DNA from: a virus
Taxonomy: Duplodnaviria > Caudoviricetes
DNA length: 37,003 nucleotides
IMG/VR virus record: IMGVR_UViG_3300032253_000016
Location: 1-37,003 of that record
Strand: one strand, 5' to 3'
The notes below the pieces were generated by a model. It was not told the DNA's origin. It made no database searches and worked only from the letters and a program-made list of their open reading frames with translations. Position numbers and translations under genes: made by a program. Position 1 is the first letter of the stretch. The number at the start of each line of letters is the position of its first letter. Of the stretch, positions 34,657-37,003 are shown one piece after another.

Positions 34657-35143
34657 TAAGATCACCTTGACCACTTGAACATTGACCTGATGATTCCAAT
34701 GTGTCCGATGTGTAAGGCAAACTTGAAACCCTATCACTAGCGAAATTCCGCGCGTCGTCTGCCCGTTGGGCTTGTATGGCTGGAAGTACCTTGGACTTTT
34801 GTAAGGCAGTTAGACTGTCTGGATTAACAATAACTTGTTCAAGCTCTTGCTCATTTAGTGACTGCATTAAGTCATGACCAACATCGGCAAGACGTTGACC
34901 ACCTGCTTTTGCATAAGCAGCACGGCGAAGTGGTAACAGAGCTAAGTGTTGCTCACAAACTAAGTTCGCATTATCGCGAGCAGTTTCCATACTTGCCCGC
35001 TCACTTGTTGCTGTGAATGAACCCAGTACGTGATTTAAAAACATAGCAATATACGTATAACTATCGTTGTCTTTGGTTACGTTAACGCCATAACCTTGAA
35101 CCGTTGTTTTACTATGAACGCTTTCTCTAACCCAAATTAACAT
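34649..35143 (-). CDS. Hypothetical protein spanning the cos site
   Basis: Open frame between the origin and terS; start taken at ATG 35143 because the upstream extension is iteron DNA. Confidence 0.45.
   Translation of the reverse strand: MLIWVRESVHSKTTVQGYGVNVTKDNDSYTYIAMFLNHVLGSFTATSERASMETARDNANLVCEQHLALLPLRRAAYAKAGGQRLADVGHDLMQSLNEQELEQVIVNPDSLTALQKSKVLPAIQAQRADDARNFASDRVSSLPYTSDTLESSGQCSSGQGDLNV
34738..34791 (-). other. Lambda-like cos site (cosQ-cosN)
   Basis: Minus strand AGGTACTTCC...ACGGGCAGACGACGCGCGGAATTTCGCTA aligns with lambda GGGTCCTTTCC...ACGGGGCGGCGACCTCGCGGGTTTTCGCTA (recalled), just upstream of terS. Confidence 0.8.
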
Positions 35144-35153
35144 TGAGTTGACT

Positions 35154-35380
35154 TGTGACGCCTGTGACGCCCTAGTGTTTGAGGGTGTCACAGCCCTAAC
35201 CCCCTGATTATTAATATATATATCTGTTGTGACATAGGTGACACCCACATCCCCGTGCGCGCGTGCGCGTGCGCGTGCCCGTACGTATAGGGCGTCACAG
35301 GTGTCACGGCGTCACAAGCCTTGCTAGCACTGGCTCTACGCTGTGACGCCCAAAAATTGACCGGTGTCACAGGCGTCACA
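35154..35380. repeat. Putative replication origin: ~11 TGTGACRCC iterons in both orientations
   Basis: Copies at 35154, 35163, 35228, 35237 and 35342 (forward) and 35184, 35291, 35300, 35308, 35363 and 35372 (reverse), with an AT-rich patch and a (GTGCGC)n tract; directly downstream of the helicase gene. Confidence 0.78.
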
Positions 35381-36818
35381 AAGGCACCTCATTTAGTTCT
35401 TTTTCAACGTCATCAGAGACCCAAACGCGAATTTGTCTTTCTTTTCCGTTTTTACCTGGTACTCGTTCTCGTTTATTGCGCCAACCTAAGCTGCGCATAA
35501 TCGGTCCTAAACGGTTCATGTGAGCCTGCTGTTGGTGGGCGGAATCAAGCCCAATACAGTCTTCTAGAATTTCAGTTGTCGTGAGCCACGGCTTACTTTG
35601 TTCGTCCAGCCACGGTGCAAGTTTGTCTTCCCAAGGGTCACGTTGTAATCGAGAATCCTGCACTTCGGTTACGGTAAGCCACTCTTCTTCATCTTCAGGC
35701 GTCTCGCGTGAAACCCACCATCGATATCCCTTGTTATAAAGATGAGTCGCTTCTGCCCAAAGTTGGTCACGGTTATCATGAACCCACTGAGCATTTACGA
35801 CGGTACAATACAGCGGCCAAAACCTCCGGTTACCCGTGTAATCTCTCAAGTAAACATCTTGGTTCGTGCTTGCCCAGAAAACAGTTTGCCGTGGATGGTC
35901 TTGCGCAACACGACCATAAGCCGGTCTAAATCGGTCAATTTGTTGTGAGAAAAAATGCTTTAAAGCCGTAACCTCAGCCTTATGAAAAGCATCAAGTTCT
36001 GCAATTTCCAAACCCCATTTACCTTGTATAACCATGTAGGCATCTTTATCACCAATAGGTAAAGGTGCATCAGTAAACCATTCACCAAACAAGCGTTTAA
36101 TCGTTGTACTCTTACCCTTGCCCTGCTCTCCTTCAAGAATCATCACGTTATCCATCTTGCAACCTGGTTGCATCACGCGAGCAACAGCGCCGACTAAAAC
36201 CTTCGGTCCCACGATTCTTAGATACTCTTCCGAGTCGGTGGATTTAAACGCCTGGTTCAACCAAGTACTGAGACGGTGGACTCCGTCCCACTTTAATTTA
36301 TTAAGATATTCGCGCACGGGATGAAAAGATCGCTTACGAGCAACAACCGATAACGCATCAGCAATATCAGAATGCGAAGGAGTAAAACCATATTTATAAG
36401 ACATCCAAATACGCAATGCAGCCGCATCAGAATCATTCCATTCGCCCAACTCTGAGTGCTTTAATGGAGATTCACTACGTTTAATAATGCTATAACTAAA
36501 TTCACAAAAACCCAGCACACCACGCCAACCAGGATCATTATTCAAAGCTAACTCAACGTTTCTAACTGATGCCTTATACTGGCCGTACTGGTTTTTTTCA
36601 AAAAAACGCTCCCATTCATCAGGCTCTTTTTCTTCCATGTTCGGAGGCATTTCAGTTATAGGTGGCGGTTCATTGTTCGACTCAAGGTTTTCCTCTTCAT
36701 TTTCAGAGCGTGCGTGCGCTCTTCTTAACATAGTCAAATCTTTATCAAGATGATGCGCAAGATGTTCTTTGCCATATAACTTAACCTGATCATTAAAATC
36801 TGTAGGGCCTTTGCTCAC
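35376..36818 (-). CDS. VirE/VapE-family P-loop helicase
   Basis: FHPVREYL..LKWDG..RL, PGCKMD, EGEQGKGKST (Walker A), IAELD, YLRD.TGNRRFWP and RDQLWAEA motifs. Confidence 0.93.
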   Translation of the reverse strand: MSKGPTDFNDQVKLYGKEHLAHHLDKDLTMLRRAHARSENEEENLESNNEPPPITEMPPNMEEKEPDEWERFFEKNQYGQYKASVRNVELALNNDPGWRGVLGFCEFSYSIIKRSESPLKHSELGEWNDSDAAALRIWMSYKYGFTPSHSDIADALSVVARKRSFHPVREYLNKLKWDGVHRLSTWLNQAFKSTDSEEYLRIVGPKVLVGAVARVMQPGCKMDNVMILEGEQGKGKSTTIKRLFGEWFTDAPLPIGDKDAYMVIQGKWGLEIAELDAFHKAEVTALKHFFSQQIDRFRPAYGRVAQDHPRQTVFWASTNQDVYLRDYTGNRRFWPLYCTVVNAQWVHDNRDQLWAEATHLYNKGYRWWVSRETPEDEEEWLTVTEVQDSRLQRDPWEDKLAPWLDEQSKPWLTTTEILEDCIGLDSAHQQQAHMNRLGPIMRSLGWRNKRERVPGKNGKERQIRVWVSDDVEKELNEVPL

Positions 36819-36850
36819 TATACTTCTTCCCTTATCTTTTTATTATTCTG

Positions 36851-37003
36851 TTAAAAATTGGGTGCTAACACTTCACCGTCAACCGCCGCCGCTGCAAGAA
36901 CAGCAGCCGCAAGGCCGGCGTTATGAGACTTATCTTTGTTTTTAGTACGCATATCATCGTCAGCAACAAATTCAATCAACACATCAGGTCGAGCTTGCTT
37001 TAA
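36851..37003 (-). CDS. C-terminal end of the Toprim primase (wraps from 952)
   Basis: ...LKQARPDVLIEFVADDDMRTKNKDKSHNAGLAAAVLAAAAVDGEVLAPNF, stop at 36853-36851. Confidence 0.88.
   Translation of the reverse strand, partial: LKQARPDVLIEFVADDDMRTKNKDKSHNAGLAAAVLAAAAVDGEVLAPNF

Noticed and set aside
35188-35379. 63-aa ORF with TPVTP repeats
   Set aside because: It is the translation of iteron DNA.
12632-36324. Numerous short opposite-strand or alternate-frame ORFs within structural and replication genes (e.g. 13870-14145, 18000-18356, 20860-21252, 27259-27573, 33664-33939)
   Set aside because: They are fully nested in well-supported genes and show typical antisense-shadow composition.
36819-36856. 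Programmed frameshift or readthrough fusing primase and helicase
   Set aside because: Stops occur in all three frames in the gap, including two TAA in the helicase frame (36845-36840).

Overview
The window is an apparently complete, circular (~36.9 kb) temperate phage genome, probably of a Gammaproteobacterium. The ends overlap by 127 bp with a mismatch at the first base. It combines a lambda-like head (TerS, gpA-type TerL, a lambda-like cos sequence, lambda-type portal, protease-capsid fusion) with a P2-like contractile tail, including the gpE/E' -1 frameshift. It also has a cI/cro switch with five shared operators, a Toprim primase plus VirE/VapE-type helicase with an iteron-rich origin, and xis/int with an attP carrying the 3' half of tRNA-Arg(ACG). 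The most striking feature is an array of three intact and two decayed integron-type attC sites (29552-30771) inserted between the head-completion and portal genes. Cassette ends are mutually complementary, there is no IntI in the genome, and every cassette ORF runs antisense to the attC polarity with its stop codon inside the R' box. Other notable items: a moron next to attP (structured non-coding region, XRE-HTH-PAS sensor, phased repeats, small membrane ORF); a cI with no autocleavage domain; a primase whose C-terminal DFND motif sits at the N-terminus of the helicase; lysis genes placed just upstream of xis-int; and an unannotated antisense 54-aa membrane ORF in front of the tape measure gene. 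All protein calls come from motif recognition and synteny; no database searches were run.
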